From contig OZ037772.1 in the NCBI GenBank assembly GCA_964035545.1, positions 992,001 to 1,056,000 of the forward strand: DNA of 64,000 bases, given 5' to 3'. The translations under genes were made by a program, and so were the position numbers. The notes below the pieces were generated by a model. That model worked only from the letters and a program-made list of their open reading frames with translations. It was not told the DNA's origin and ran no database searches. Below are positions 1 through 41,163 of this stretch, one piece after another (position 1 is the first letter of the stretch; each line of letters opens with the position of its first letter). The DNA is from Bugula neritina (Eukaryota > Animalia > Bryozoa).

Positions 1-645
1 ACATCTAACTATTCTATTTTACCTTAAGTGTGCATACTTACACGCACTCAATTGGTTTTCATTTTCCACATCTACTGTATTGGAACTGGTAGCATTATTG
101 TCTAATGAGTGTACTTGCTGATTCGCAAAATCTAAAATAAACGTTACAAAAAGGTGCTTCAAACATCCAGCTAATAAAGTAAACCAACTGCATGCATTCA
201 GCAAACAAGTTTCACTGTACATAAAAGGTGAAAAATTAACCTGTTAGGTGCTTAGAGACAACCCTTGTTAGCTTATCACTGTATTCTTTTGACGTTGTGT
301 TACCAGCTTGTGATAATTCTAATAAAAAAAAAACGCAATATCTACATATAATGTTGAATGAATCAAATACAGCAAAATTTTAAGAAACTCTTGCTGCACT
401 TTATTTATAAAGTATTAACAGAAATAAATATACCTTAGCTTTCATTTCAGTTCAAACTTTTTCAGCTCAGTTATTACAATGTAGGCAGCTAAAATAGCTG
501 TTTCAAAATGCCACGGACTTCAGAGCCCAATGAAAGCATAGTCAAGCAACCAGAAATTCCAAATCAATTTAGGACATATTTGTATAAAAAGATATTATAA
601 AACACGATAATTGTTTGAACATGCAACCCACAAACAGATGGGAGC

Positions 646-673
646 TTATATATATATATATATATATATATAT
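646..673. repeat. (TA)n microsatellite
   Basis: Direct reading. Confidence 0.95.
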
Positions 674-3057
674 AGCTGCAAGAGACTCTTTAGCATAGAC
701 AAAGATTGATGCTAAATAAAGCTAACAAACTCATAGAATTTTATCAAATAGTGTAAGATACACCTACTTTTTTCATGGTATTTTTCTCTTCGTTCTTCAA
801 GTTTCAATCTTTTTGCAGCATCATGTTTAACTTTATCCTCTGCGATACTTTTTTTAAGTGATGACTGGAGTAGTGATAAGGCCGTAGAATAGGTATTTTC
901 ACTAGCCATATTCTATAATATTTCAAACAGATATCTTTTAGTTATAGTTAGTAGTTGTGTACAGACTCATTGCGGTAAACAAGCAAAAAAACTTTGTGGT
1001 ATGGATAAGAAAGGTTTTAAAACAAAAGCCATAATTTTCAAAAAGTCTGCACCCCACTTAAAATCAACACGATCCTAGATGCTACACCAGTGCAACGAAT
1101 AATTAAAACAGTGTATCTTATAGAGTTAATAACTGATATTGCATGGTTAAAATGAACAAGAAATAAAGAGAAGAAACAAACTGGCAAAAAATGCTTTCCA
1201 GAATATTTCTTAAATATATTGACATTAGAAAAATCAAAATACAAACACGAGAGGTATTACTATGCAAAAAATTCTTCCCCATATAACAAGCAAATATTAT
1301 TAGTTATTTATCAGCTAAGCATAGACGCACAACGTTTCATAGTTGATTGTAAGAAAAAGGTCGGCAAAGGTTTTTGGATGTTGCAATAAAGATAAAACTC
1401 AAACCTTAGTGTGTTAGGGTAAATGAGCAAAAAACTCTATACCTATGTTACCAGAAGCAGCAACTGGTCCCAAAAAGTGCAGTAAAACTTTACACTTTTA
1501 ATGATGATGTTTTATGATCATTATTATTAATAAAATGTATATCATACTAATAAAACTGTAACTGTAAATGTGAAACATATAATTCATATCAATATTCACA
1601 CGTATAAGAGTATTTACTTAAAATAGCTTATTCATTTGGAATTGTAACTAATACTCACAAGTAACAGAACACGTACCAATAAAATAACAATCACTGTAAG
1701 AAAATGAGTATTTAACACCATAAAAACCTAAAGCATTGATACTTGTGGTACATCTAGTACTAAAGCACTTACAGACTTACAGTGGTAGTTTGTTATCACT
1801 AATGATTTTCACAGTTCTCAATCAAAAGTGTACTTTGCAGTTATTATAATTGACGTAACTAGTAATGAAGATTGCAATATTATTACCAATGTAAATAATG
1901 ATGGTAATGAAAATAATTAAAACCATGATGATCTTAATTATGATCTAAATCAATTCATCATTATTAAAAATGTGAGTCTTTGATGTCTTGGCTATAGTAA
2001 ATGATTATACTTATTTACATATATTTATTGTATTAGAAAAAATATAGTACCATCAGCATTAGTATCACATTGAAGTATGAATATGACTACAATGAATTAC
2101 TTATTTACTATACTAACAATTCTTAATCATACTGTACAGCTTCACATTTTAGCTGTATATGTATAAATCTAAGTAATGAAAATAATACTTTAAGGGTTAT
2201 TATTATAGTTGCTGACTCACTCAGTAACTGAGTAAGTAGAAGTAGTACAAATTTAAAAACAATAATATTTAGTAATATTAATAATACAGTAATAATAATA
2301 ATTTTGCTACTACAACTATAATAATGACAATAGTTGTAGTAGCAAAACTACAAGTACTAAAAAGCTATCTAATTCTGTGTTTGTAAAAGAAACTACAATA
2401 TCAAATAAGAATATTTAATATAAATAAATAGGTGCAGGTCATTTCGTACACACATTAATATGAATTGACTGAAATACATATTCATTATTTGATGTATGAG
2501 ACTATGAGCCAAACAGTACTGCTCACAAGCAACTTGCACATTACAATTTAAACCACTGAGGCACTGATCAAAATAAAACCAAAAAGTGTTCAATAAAAAA
2601 ATATATTACCTCATTTATCAAAATAGTAATAGATAATACATTAAAAAATAATATAAAACATCGATCAATAAGAGACATGGGAGGTGTTCAATATATATGC
2701 TGGAAAGCAATAAATAAGTAAATTAGTACCATTGAAGTAGTCATCTAGTGGATTAATCAATTATTCATTTTGTGTACGAAACGACTTGTGTATGGAACGA
2801 CAGTAAACAAACTAAATATGTTTGGTTAAATTTAAATTAATCATAATGATCCAATTTCAATTTGGAATACCATAGGCGTACTCAAACTTATAAGCTAGGG
2901 CATATGCATGGTTATTATTGGAAAATAGATTAATAATTAGTAGTACTAATACTAATAGTAATACTGATACGAATGCACTAATAGTAATGGTAATACTTAT
3001 AATGTCACATTTGCTCATACTCTTAGTTACAACCATATTTATAATTAATATGAATAT

Positions 3058-3364
3058 TGTTATGATTTTCAGAATTAGGGTTGATATGCAATCCAGAGAG
3101 TCTAATTACTTGCTAGAGAACTTCACCAGGATAAGTCGAGTGAACGACTATATATTTTAAGTACAAGAACACATTACAAAAACGATACAAATACATTTAA
3201 TAATTCCACACATGTAGACTACTCAACACTCTAACTTCGACTGACTAACAGCGGGAAATTTACTACTGCTACTAACTACTAAAGTTGCTAATTGGCTGTC
3301 ATTGTTCCGGGTCAATTACGCGACCCTGCGTATTGTGCTGCTGGTAGCTCCACGAGCCACCACA
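3058..3364 (-). mobile_element. Solo LTR related to the Gypsy element at 40578-48074
   Basis: TGT...ACA termini, 307 bp, ATAT target-site duplication (3054-3057 / 3365-3368); colinear with the 305-bp Gypsy LTR but clearly diverged. Confidence 0.92.
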
Positions 3365-3588
3365 ATATCACTCTCACCATCGAACTCAATAATATTCCAG
3401 CTCAGTGACTCTCACTCTGACTCACACTCTAACTCTAAGTCTATCAGTAGCAGTATCACTACCAATATAGCTATAACTCTAAGTATTACTCAATCAGTTT
3501 CACTATGACCATGATAAAATCATAAAATGATGAATAATTCACTAATAGTGATAACAGTTACTGATTAGAGTGATTTTAAATTACTAAT

Positions 3589-3693
3589 AGAATAACTATA
3601 AGTCAGCTATACTGATTACGCAGATTTGTGATTACTAATTTAATTAGTAATCACAAATCTGCGTAATCAGTATAGCTGACTTATAGTTATTCT
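3589..3693. repeat. Perfect 105-bp palindrome (52-bp arms, 1-nt spacer)
   Basis: 3589-3640 is the exact reverse complement of 3642-3693. Confidence 0.95.
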
Positions 3694-4777
3694 TATACTT
3701 ATAAGTTATAATAGTAATACACTAATAGTAATACTAATAGTAATAGTTATACTTATAGTATTAGAACCTTATACTATGTCTATAGTCTATGACGGCATGA
3801 CATACCCATAAATGGTGATGTCTAAGTCCTACTTCAAAGTAGCAGTTAAACTTAAAGTTTGATATTCTACTCTGTATAACTCATTAACTGAGACTGAGTA
3901 TTATACACCTTACATGTCATGCTAAGTATCATTATGATTATCACTTGAGGTTTATGAGTATCACTTTCAGTAAGATACTCATACTATGGCTATGAGTTAT
4001 ACTCATAGTCATACCCCGATGCCCACACTTCTACTTCTAGTGATTTACTCCTATTCCTAGTTCTACGGGCAAGGCTACTCACTCATACTCATAGTCATAG
4101 TAACTGATAGTGTTGTAACTCAAACTAATACTATAACCAATGCCAAAAGACAAGGTAAAGCTAAAATCAGAAATAGAAACCAAAGGGTCATAAATCATAT
4201 ATGTAATGGTGTTTTAGTTTATGTTTGTTTATTTTTTTCTTTTTTTTCTCTCCTGGCAGTAGCTAGCTATTGAGCTTTGAATCAAAGCATAATTAACTAT
4301 ATTCTTATCTCGTAGACAAAATGGTTTTCTTCCTTACTACTGATAATTTAAACAATTGTTCATACACCACTGCATCTCGATAAAGGAGCCAAAGCGCTCC
4401 GAGTGAGATTAATTAGATGAGATGAGATGAGATGATGCTCATTTTATGTTTATGCTACCAAGTACCAACTCATCAGTCACTTAGTTTTATAGTGATGATT
4501 ATACTTACACTTATAGCCTACACCCTATAGCTTATTTAATTTTGACTCTACCTTGCCCTTTGGCATTGATTTAGTTTTAATTAAATTGTTATATTTAATG
4601 TTTTTCATGAACTTTATGAAGTTTTATTGATAAGTTATCATATAGTAACACTAATAGTAATAGTGATAATTGTATCATAATGATGATATTGATATATAAA
4701 ATATTATGACCATCAATGTATCACTGTGAATGTAATAATTTTTATATAAGTAAATTGATTTACTATTAAATAAAACT

Positions 4778-4870
4778 GGGTGTGACTAAAATGGGTGGCC
4801 ACCTGGTGTCGCGGTCCGTGACACATATTTTAGTCATAAGGGGGGTTTTGACTAAAATGGGTGTCGCAAA
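4778..4870. mobile_element. Probable DNA-transposon terminus with subterminal repeats
   Basis: GC-rich island with TGACTAAAATGGGTG twice and the inverted ATTTTAGTCA between; partner end not found. Confidence 0.35.
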
Positions 4871-6720
4871 ATTTTTTAGTTGTATTTTTACATTTTGTGA
4901 ACATTTTTTTTGTTAATATTGCTCTCAGTATTTTTACTAGTTTAAAGTAGCCTATATGGTTCAATAGTCAGCATGTCTAGAAACTGAAAAATAACTATGA
5001 AATTGAATTAAAATACATGCATTGAATTATTCGCGATTATATGAGAGTATAATTTTTCTTTAATAGAAATTGAGTCATGCAAGGGAAGCTGGTTTCCTTA
5101 CTTTATTAAGCAAAATTTGCTATCACAACAACAATGTGTTGCTAGCCTTGATTCGGAAACATTTTATATTTATAACTCTGCATGATGCTTATTTTGAGAC
5201 ATTTGGCTGCATGTTGGATAGATTGCATAGCATCTTTACTTGCGCTAATACTTAGAAGCATTTACTTGGTTTTCCTATAGTTTTATTTTGAATGTTTTCA
5301 TGATATATTGCAGAACTGTGGGTTCATTCTACTTGTAAGTATATTCTATAGGTCTAACTCAAACCCTGTGAATTTTCAAGTTACTATGGCAAGCTATGAT
5401 GAAAGAAATGCTAAACTGGACAGGTAATAGAAAAGAAAGTCCAATAATTTTTTTAATTGTAATTTAAATTACTTAGCTTGCATTACTCAGCAGTATGGTA
5501 GCAGTGGTAGAACCAGCAGCAGTAGCAGCAGGAGTAGATCATAGTGTAGTAGTATTGATAAAATGATTGATAGATTAGAACTGTAATTTTGAATATTAAA
5601 AATATGACAATGCCACTGTGCGCCATAAATTTCTTGATGGCCATTAAAATCAGCCATTAAATTAGTTTTTTTTTTGGCTAGAACAAGCACTGCTGCCTGG
5701 ACATAGTAATATATTATATGTATGAACTGTATGTTAATTATATGTAGAGGAATTATTTTTGCTAGCTTTAATAAAAAACCCTGCTCGTTTCTCATATTAT
5801 TGTATTGTCAGTTTCAGCAATTTCAGGCCAGATACATTTAAATTATACCTTGCAAATTTTAGGCCTGTTCCAGTCTACCTGTCAACACATTTGTTTGATC
5901 TGATCTAATTATGATGGCCTTCCAAGCAATGTAGTTAGCAAAAGTGAGAGAACTAATATTGCTTTTTCAGCCTATATTATGTTTAAAACCAGTAAAATAA
6001 TAGAAATCATGAAACTAGTAATAGGCAATCCTATAATGATGTTTAATAAACTTATTTGCACTGTTACTTTACTGATTTCGACGCTGTTTTATAAATTATT
6101 AGCAATCTTTCAAAGATGAATAAATATACATTTTCTTTTAGTATGTCACCAATTGGAATATTTTGACCTGTATACCTATCTAGTGGAGGTGTTAATTTGT
6201 AAACATATTGGTTTTGCCAAGATTATTGATTAAAGCAGTTGCTGAAAGCCAAAATAAAATGCTAACCAAAGTTCATATCTAGTGGGCTACAATTTGCCAA
6301 CTTCTATAAAGCATATAATAGCTAGTAATTGTTTCTATGCTGTACCACTTGACGGTCTGTTCTCTTTTACCTTACTCTATATTATGCTGTATAAATTCTA
6401 GCACACCTATCTGGTTTTTAATCATTTCTTGCACCATATGCCAATAATTTTTACGTAGATGCATACAATAGGACAGCTGGATGGCCTGGCCATTGTGGAG
6501 AAGCATCATAACCACCTGCTTGGTGTTGGAGCTGAGTGCATATCAAGGTGGGTAGCACAACTTCTTAGTTCATAAGTAGCAGCCTAGTTTTTTAAAAGGT
6601 TTGACTATATTAAAATATAAACATTTTGTTATTGCACTAATACAATGATAAAATGAGCAAACAGTTTCCAATATAACTTGCTGCTGGTAAGATTTACAGT
6701 ACTTGTAGTAGAAACAATAT

Positions 6721-7112
6721 TAGTAGTGGTGGTGGCGGCGGCGGTGGTAGCGGCAGTAGTGGTAAAAGTAGTAGTAGCAGCAGTACTGGTAGTAGTAGCA
6801 GTAGTAGAAGTAGTAGCAGCAGCAGCAGCAGCAGTAGCAGTAGTAGTAGTAGCAGTAGTAGCAGCAGTAGTAGTAGTAGCAGTAGTAGAAGTAGTAGTAG
6901 CAGTAGTAGTAGTAGTAGCAGTAGTAGTAGTAGTAGCAGTAGTAGTAGCAGTAGTAGAAGTAGTAGCAGCAGCAGTAGTAGTAGCAGTAGTAGAAGTAGT
7001 AGCAGCAGCAGTAGCAGCAGTAGTAGTAGTAGTAGTAGTAGTAGCAGTAGTAGTAGTAGTAGTAGTAGCAGTAGTAGTAGTAGCAGTAGTAGTAGTAGAA
7101 GTAATAATAATA
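6721..7112. repeat. Compound (GTA/GCA)n trinucleotide microsatellite
   Basis: Direct reading; explains the poly-V/poly-L/poly-Y pseudo-ORFs. Confidence 0.97.
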
Positions 7113-8275
7113 AAATAATAACATTATTAGTAGTAGTGGTGAAGTTGCTTTTGATTCTGACGTTAGTACTGTTAGTGGTAGAGATGGTGTTGGTAGAAAT
7201 AGGATTAGTGGTTGTGCACTCATAGTTAAAGGCATAAAGCATAAACCAGAATTGAATACATATATAACATAGATATGATATGACTCCTTATTTATATTGA
7301 TTTACTATCTTGCATGAACATGGCATTTTCGCTATCAACATTAGTGTTTGTATTATACACTTTCACTAAACAAGCTTGTTAAATTTATAAAAAATTATGT
7401 AGGTGATGACTTTTGCATATCTGTGTTTAATTTTAAAAATATCATGTTGCATAATTATTTTTTAGGTGTCTGGTGAGCGGACGACTTCATTTTCGGCTGC
7501 TTCATGGCACCTTTATTTTCGGAAAAGATGTAACCACTTGTAAAATCAGTTTTTTTATGGTGAACTAAACAATATAATGTTTAACAAAATTCTTTTTTGG
7601 TTAAAAATAAAGGTATACTGTCTTTGGCTTTCTGTTATTTCTATATTGTGTTCTTCTGTTGCTATGTGTAATTGATGAGATGACTCCAAACTCTTGCACA
7701 TCCGCCACAATAAAGTAGATAATTTTGCTATGTGCATCAAGATTTTGTTATAAGTAGATATAGTTTTGCAATGATAGTGTTGATGCTGCAGCAGGTAACA
7801 TTCTAGTAGGATAAACCAAACAGAATTTAAGCTAAAACATTCTAAAAAAATACAGGATTGCTTGAGCCACCTTACCTTTGCTTTTTTCTAGGCAAAAGTT
7901 GTTAGCTAAATAATAAAAAGACAAATTAATGATTTCTGTGAGAGTTGTCTACTACAAAAATTACGTAGCAGATCATCATTAGTAACCATAACAACACGTA
8001 CATGTTTACAGCACTCATGTGCTCTCTTTGTTCTGATTCGTCAACAGTAGCGCCCTAGACAGTCGATGTTATCGCACGAAAATATATTGTTTATTGCGGC
8101 TAATATCGCGAAATGGCAAAATGAGGATCGACCCTGACAGTCGTAAAAGCCGTGTGATGCACTGGTAAAACTATATAGCACATTTTCAATATTAAGGTTT
8201 GAGGCAGGTTAAGTAGTTAGGAAGGAGTTAAGGTTTGAGAATGAGGTTCTGAGTTTGGGTTTTGAGTTTGTGGTT

Positions 8276-8917
8276 TACCCTCCTAATTACGCTTAACGTA
8301 CTGTACGCCATAACAGCAAATTTCAGCCATTCCTGGTATAAGTTGCAGCGTTAATCAAGCACTGCTTGGCTCAAAAAATCACACCAGGCAGAGTTGATAT
8401 GGTACTATAAAATTTAAAAAATACTTTCCGCTGGTTTGTTTTAATCGCTTATTGTTGATTTAATTTAATAAATTCAAAAGTTTCAAAGGATTAAAATATC
8501 TTTTTCCCCTTGCTTAAATTAAACTCAGCTTAAAAATGTAGATTTCACTAATTACTAAAGTATGCAAACCAACAATGAAAAAATTAATTGGACAGCTTAA
8601 ATATTTTTATTATTCAAATTAGTTTGCACAATTATATATATAATAGACACATATATTTAAAGGAGAGGTTTCTTTTTTTAAATGCTTTTATCTAGTCAAG
8701 AACATTATTATCACATTTTTTGAAAATAATGTTGCAATAATTTGTGAATAATATTCAAAGGAGTACAAGTAACCGCAGACAAGAATTAGCCTTATTATGA
8801 TTGGTCATAGCTCAACGTCATGCGTTGTACTTTTCTCAGTGTGTGACGCATGTCGACCAAACGTAACAGCAGGGCAATTTTATTTTTACCGTACGGTAAG
8901 TGTGAATAAGGGGTTAG
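8276..8917. mobile_element. MITE (possibly PIF/Harbinger-type) with imperfect TIRs
   Basis: Right end GTACGGTAAGTGTGAATAAGGGGTTA is the inverse of a degenerate left end TACCCTCCTAATTACGCTTAACGTAC; the first ~120 bp recur at 53632-53760. Confidence 0.6.
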
Positions 8918-9015
8918 AGTTGAGGGTTTGAGTTTGGAGTTTAAGAAAACTTATAAACACCAGTAAGCCATTTTTTCCTGCTAGGCTTTTTCCATTTGTG
9001 CCCTTGATACCAGAA

Positions 9016-9150
9016 CCATTATTACCTGCGTGCCATTCTACCTGCGTGCCATTTTATTTGTGCCATTTTATACCTGTGCCATTTTACCTGTGCCATTATT
9101 ACTTGTGCCTTTATTACCTGTGCCATTTTCCCTCTGCCATTATTACCTAA
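9016..9150. repeat. 14-16 bp tandem array (TGTGCCATTTTACC-like, ~9 copies), possibly part of a non-autonomous Helitron/Helentron-like element with GGTTTGAG repeats at 8196-8275 and 8917-8942
   Basis: Array read directly; family assignment inferred from architecture only. Confidence 0.6.
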
Positions 9151-10084
9151 AATCAACTACACTACATCACATGCTGTAGGAACACTATGGCACTCTAATT
9201 GAAAAATTGTTATCTATAAAGTTTGTTACTTCAAGTACTATACAAATATCATTAGTAACTTGACATTTCTTATCCCTAAGGAGTGTTTAATATAAATATA
9301 ATACTTGAGATAAACATTCTCATGTGATATAATGTAGCCTGAAGTTATATCACATGACTTGACTATTTCTACTAGAGTTAGGGTGGGTCACCCCACAGCC
9401 CACACATATAACTACACTATACATCACATACTGTAGGAACACTGGCACAGCTGAGGCTAGGCTGACTAATAAGTATGGAGTAGTTGACCCAGCAGTTAGA
9501 TACTTTGGTATAGAGACTCTAACTTTCTAGTATTAGAATATAAATAATTCTCTAAAGATTTGGTATATCAGAAAGAGAGTCACTCAACACCAATTAACTT
9601 GGTTGTCTCAATCAGAGCTGGTCTCTGTGTAGTTCAGTTTGTTTTAAAGGTTCTCTGAAGCTTCCCCAGTCTTTATGAGCTCTCTTTAGATATATACAAT
9701 AGTTTTAATACAATACAAAGACAATTATTGTTAACACATGTCAAGTAATAGAACAGGGATAAAGTCTCTCTGATAGTTATTTGAATATCTACAAGAAGTA
9801 TAACTAAATATACAATAATAACTACATATCTAGAAACATGCAGAATATTATACTTGAATAAATCTCTTGTAACAAAGTATTGTTACATAACTGGAAGATA
9901 GAGAAACTATATTTCACAATTCAGAACACAATCTGCAATCAGCATTCAGTGCTGAAATTAAGCAAAAGCGATGGCAGTTGTTATATGAATGTAATAATAT
10001 TATCATGATGTAAATAATGATAATGATATTATATTCATATACCAAATGTCATTGCAGTTCCCTAAGCCAAGCGTAACTGGTTAT

Positions 10085-10197
10085 TGTATGTCACGTGACT
10101 CAACAAATACACGCCCCTTCCGTTGTAACATTATAACGTCATTGAACACAGTCATTCACACGTTGACTAAAGAGGACTACACACTGATAACTCGGAG
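10085..10197 (+). promoter_or_regulatory. Candidate promoter / non-coding first exon of the TRIM gene
   Basis: Local CpG enrichment with palindromic E-box GTCACGTGAC (10090-10099), a CACGCCC box and a CRE half-site. These are followed by a GAG|GTTAGT donor at 10197/10198, upstream of the 11843 acceptor. Confidence 0.4.
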
Positions 10198-11865
10198 GTT
10201 AGTATAACATTTACAGACTTAGTTTATCAATAGTCGGCAATCAGTATAAGTATTACATTTACTACATTACTATAACTATTAGAATTAGACTCATAAGGCC
10301 CTGTACTGGCACCAAAGTCTTAAAACAGAACTGCACTTATGTGATAAAAGTATTAACTACATTTAATAATTCTGTTCACCAAACGAGGCACGTCGCTTAC
10401 ACCAATATAGTGGTCTAACCTGATTGCATCTTCAAGTAAGTCAGGCAAGTAAGTCAAGTAAGTGTTGCAATCAGTTTTAATACCACGCTCGCTACCATCA
10501 TCATTAAATTTATTTAAAATGATTATCTTAACAAGTTATACTTATAGTAGGTTTATTAATAAATAATATTATTATTTATAACCAGTGAGTCACTTATCTT
10601 TACTTTGTGAATTTATGATTGTAACACTGAATAGCATTATCATCATTATAATTATAATAATAATTATAATTATAATTGCAAGTTTTTAAATTAATGTTAC
10701 ACTTACTCGATTTGAATATCAGAATATCTTACCACTGGCAATAGTCAGTTATTAATGACAGTGCATAGTGATCACTGCATGTGAGACATTGTCATACCCT
10801 GCACATTCCAATGCACTGCCCTTCTGTATTCATTGTGAATAGCATATTTAGTTGGCTTATATTATTTTACTCAGCTTTGATTATACAACTAACATGTACT
10901 GCACTGCTCTAATTTATGTAACAACACTAGTTGCTGCTATCTTTACCTCTAAATTTATATCATTTAAAAAACTAACATATTTACATGATAGGTATTAAAA
11001 TTAAAGTTACATAATTGGAATTGACTATTCTATAGATTACTGGGAATATAAGGTTAGCCGCATTTATATGATGTTGTAGACATAAAATATGAGGTTAGTG
11101 TTAATAAATCATTTGCTAGGTAAGAGTGTAGAATAAATAATTGGCTAGAGATGAGTGTAGAAGCTGCCAACTCGTGAAACAACTACACCTGACCTAACAG
11201 AAGCACAAACATGTTAAATTAGTTTGTTTCACACCACCATAGTTTCTATTAGATGATTAGAATAGCAAACTAGCAATTGATGGCATGTTTCCTGACAGAT
11301 GGAAGGGTGACTCTAAGTAACATATTAAATCATGCATCACTAACACTGCAGAAATGTTAAAATGAGTTTTGTCATTTAGATTATGAAGAAAACAAAGAAT
11401 TTTCAACACCCAGCACAAAATATTTCATAGAACTATGTTTTCTCACACTGCTATGTTCCCCCTGTTTAGTTTCTCACTCATGCTATACACTCCTTGCTAT
11501 GGAATAGTTCAAAGTACACTCTGGGAAGGACCAAAGTCTATCCTATGCTCAGGTGTAGACTCTGTCCCAGTAGTGTGTCAAAATACTCAGTTAGAAACAC
11601 ATTATTATTGGGAGTTCATGAAGTCTCCAGCTTATATATGAGCAGCTGAGTCAGATTCTGCTGTTTGTTCATAAAATTATTACATAACTCACTGGTATTC
11701 ATGTTTCACTTCTACTCTACATTTTGATGGTCTGGTTATGACTTAGAACTTAATAGGTCAGTCTTTGGTTGGGAAGGTGAAGGACAAACCTTCACAGATG
11801 TAGTGTGAAATATTATGCTAAGAGTATATGTATCTTTTACAGGATTTCCTTATCATATAACCAAG

Positions 11866-39653
<27,788 letters not shown>

Positions 39654-40577
39654 TAAACTCATCAGCTACAGGTTACTAATGATCAGCTCAGTGAGGTCCT
39701 GAGAGATGAATTGGATAATATTTGTCATCAACATAATTATTTCATCACAATTCATCAATACACACACTCTGTAATTATAGTTAGATATGAGATGTTTTAC
39801 TGTATCAAATATATGTTGCCATTTTACTATCTAATAAAGTTTATTTGCTAGCGAAAATATAGTCTGTTTTCATGCCTCATTAGCTTTAGTTCAAGTTGAG
39901 TTCAGTTACTAAAAATAATCTTTACTGGAGCAGTAACTGTAAATGACTTGTCTGTGGGAGAATTTATTTACTGAATTGACATGCAGGTGCAAGTAACTCC
40001 AACATGACTAAGTAAATTTATTCCAACCATTCACAATGTTATACATTCCATTGCTGTGCAAACAATAGCATTGAGTAGCCAATCAAATTGTTTCTTGTCA
40101 TGCAATCAGGAATCTGATAAATAATATATAAGGCAATCAACTAGATATAAACACTGTATTACTCTACACATGAGCTGTCTGTGATACAGCTGCTTTGTGA
40201 AATGTGTGTAATTTGATGAGTTTAGTACAATTGGTTGCAGTTTAATTATGACATGTTCACCATTATGTAATATTAGAGGACAACTCCTATCCAGTGTGCA
40301 GTGGTAGTATACTATTAGTCAAAGGGAGTGCTCAGTATAATATAAATATAGCTGACCACTCCTACACCAACACTCCTGAACACCAGGTAGACGACAAGAA
40401 CTCTTGAACACTACTCAGGTTGAGGGACTCCACCCACCCAGGCACCCCTGAACACCATCCAAGGCAGACGTGTTCTGGATCACAGTCTTAACTCCTCACA
40501 GACTAAAACAGGAGCTGGAGTCATCCCCACAGCCAAGCAACCCATGCCAATATACCAACCCTAGCTGACCTGAATAC

Positions 40578-40882
40578 TGTTATAATTTTCAGATTAGGGT
40601 TGATATGCTATCCAGAGAGTCTATTTATCTAGTATAGAACTGCACCAGGCTAAGTCGAGTGAACGAGTATATTTTATTCACAACTATACATCATAAAAAC
40701 ACGATACATTATTTCTAACAAGTTACACATCTAATCTATTTCACACTCTAGCTTCGACTGAGTTAGCAGCGGGAAACAACAATTGCTGCTAACTATCAAC
40801 TACGCTAATTGGCTATCCATTGTTCCGGGTCAATTACGCGACCCTACATGTTGTGCTGCTGGTAGTTCCACGAACCACCACA
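40578..40882 (-). repeat. Gypsy 3' LTR
   Basis: Matches 47770-48074; preceded on the minus strand by PPT GGTGGGGGCGG (40883-40893). Confidence 0.97.
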
Positions 40883-41163
40883 CCGCCCCCACCAGCAGAA
40901 AGCCATCTTTCTGATATATATATAAAAAAAAACATTCAATAGTAATTGCATACATCAGTGGACAAAAATAATACATAATATACAGGAAGAGACATAATAA
41001 TACACAGAGTCGTTATAACGATCCGTTGCATACAATTGGCCAGCTGTAGATAGACGAGGAATACTAGCTAGCTGTGGTATTAGACAAGGAATAACCTGTC
41101 TAGCAGTTAAGCATTTGCACGAGTTTGGTTCCTCACCAAATGTGGAGTATTCTGGGTAGCATA

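Noticed and set aside
763-909. Plausible first coding exon MASENTYSTALSLL.. on the minus strand
   Set aside because: Downstream candidate exons contain stops in every phase tried and no domain is recognisable; not reported as a CDS
6678-7242. Poly-Val / poly-Leu / poly-Tyr ORFs
   Set aside because: Translations of the (GTA/GCA)n microsatellite
6459-7568. Two phase-compatible exon-like segments flanking the microsatellite
   Set aside because: Joined product is only ~63 aa with no recognisable family
40354-40573. C/A-rich segment possibly a LINE 3' fragment at the Gypsy insertion site
   Set aside because: No convincing RT or tail motif could be read
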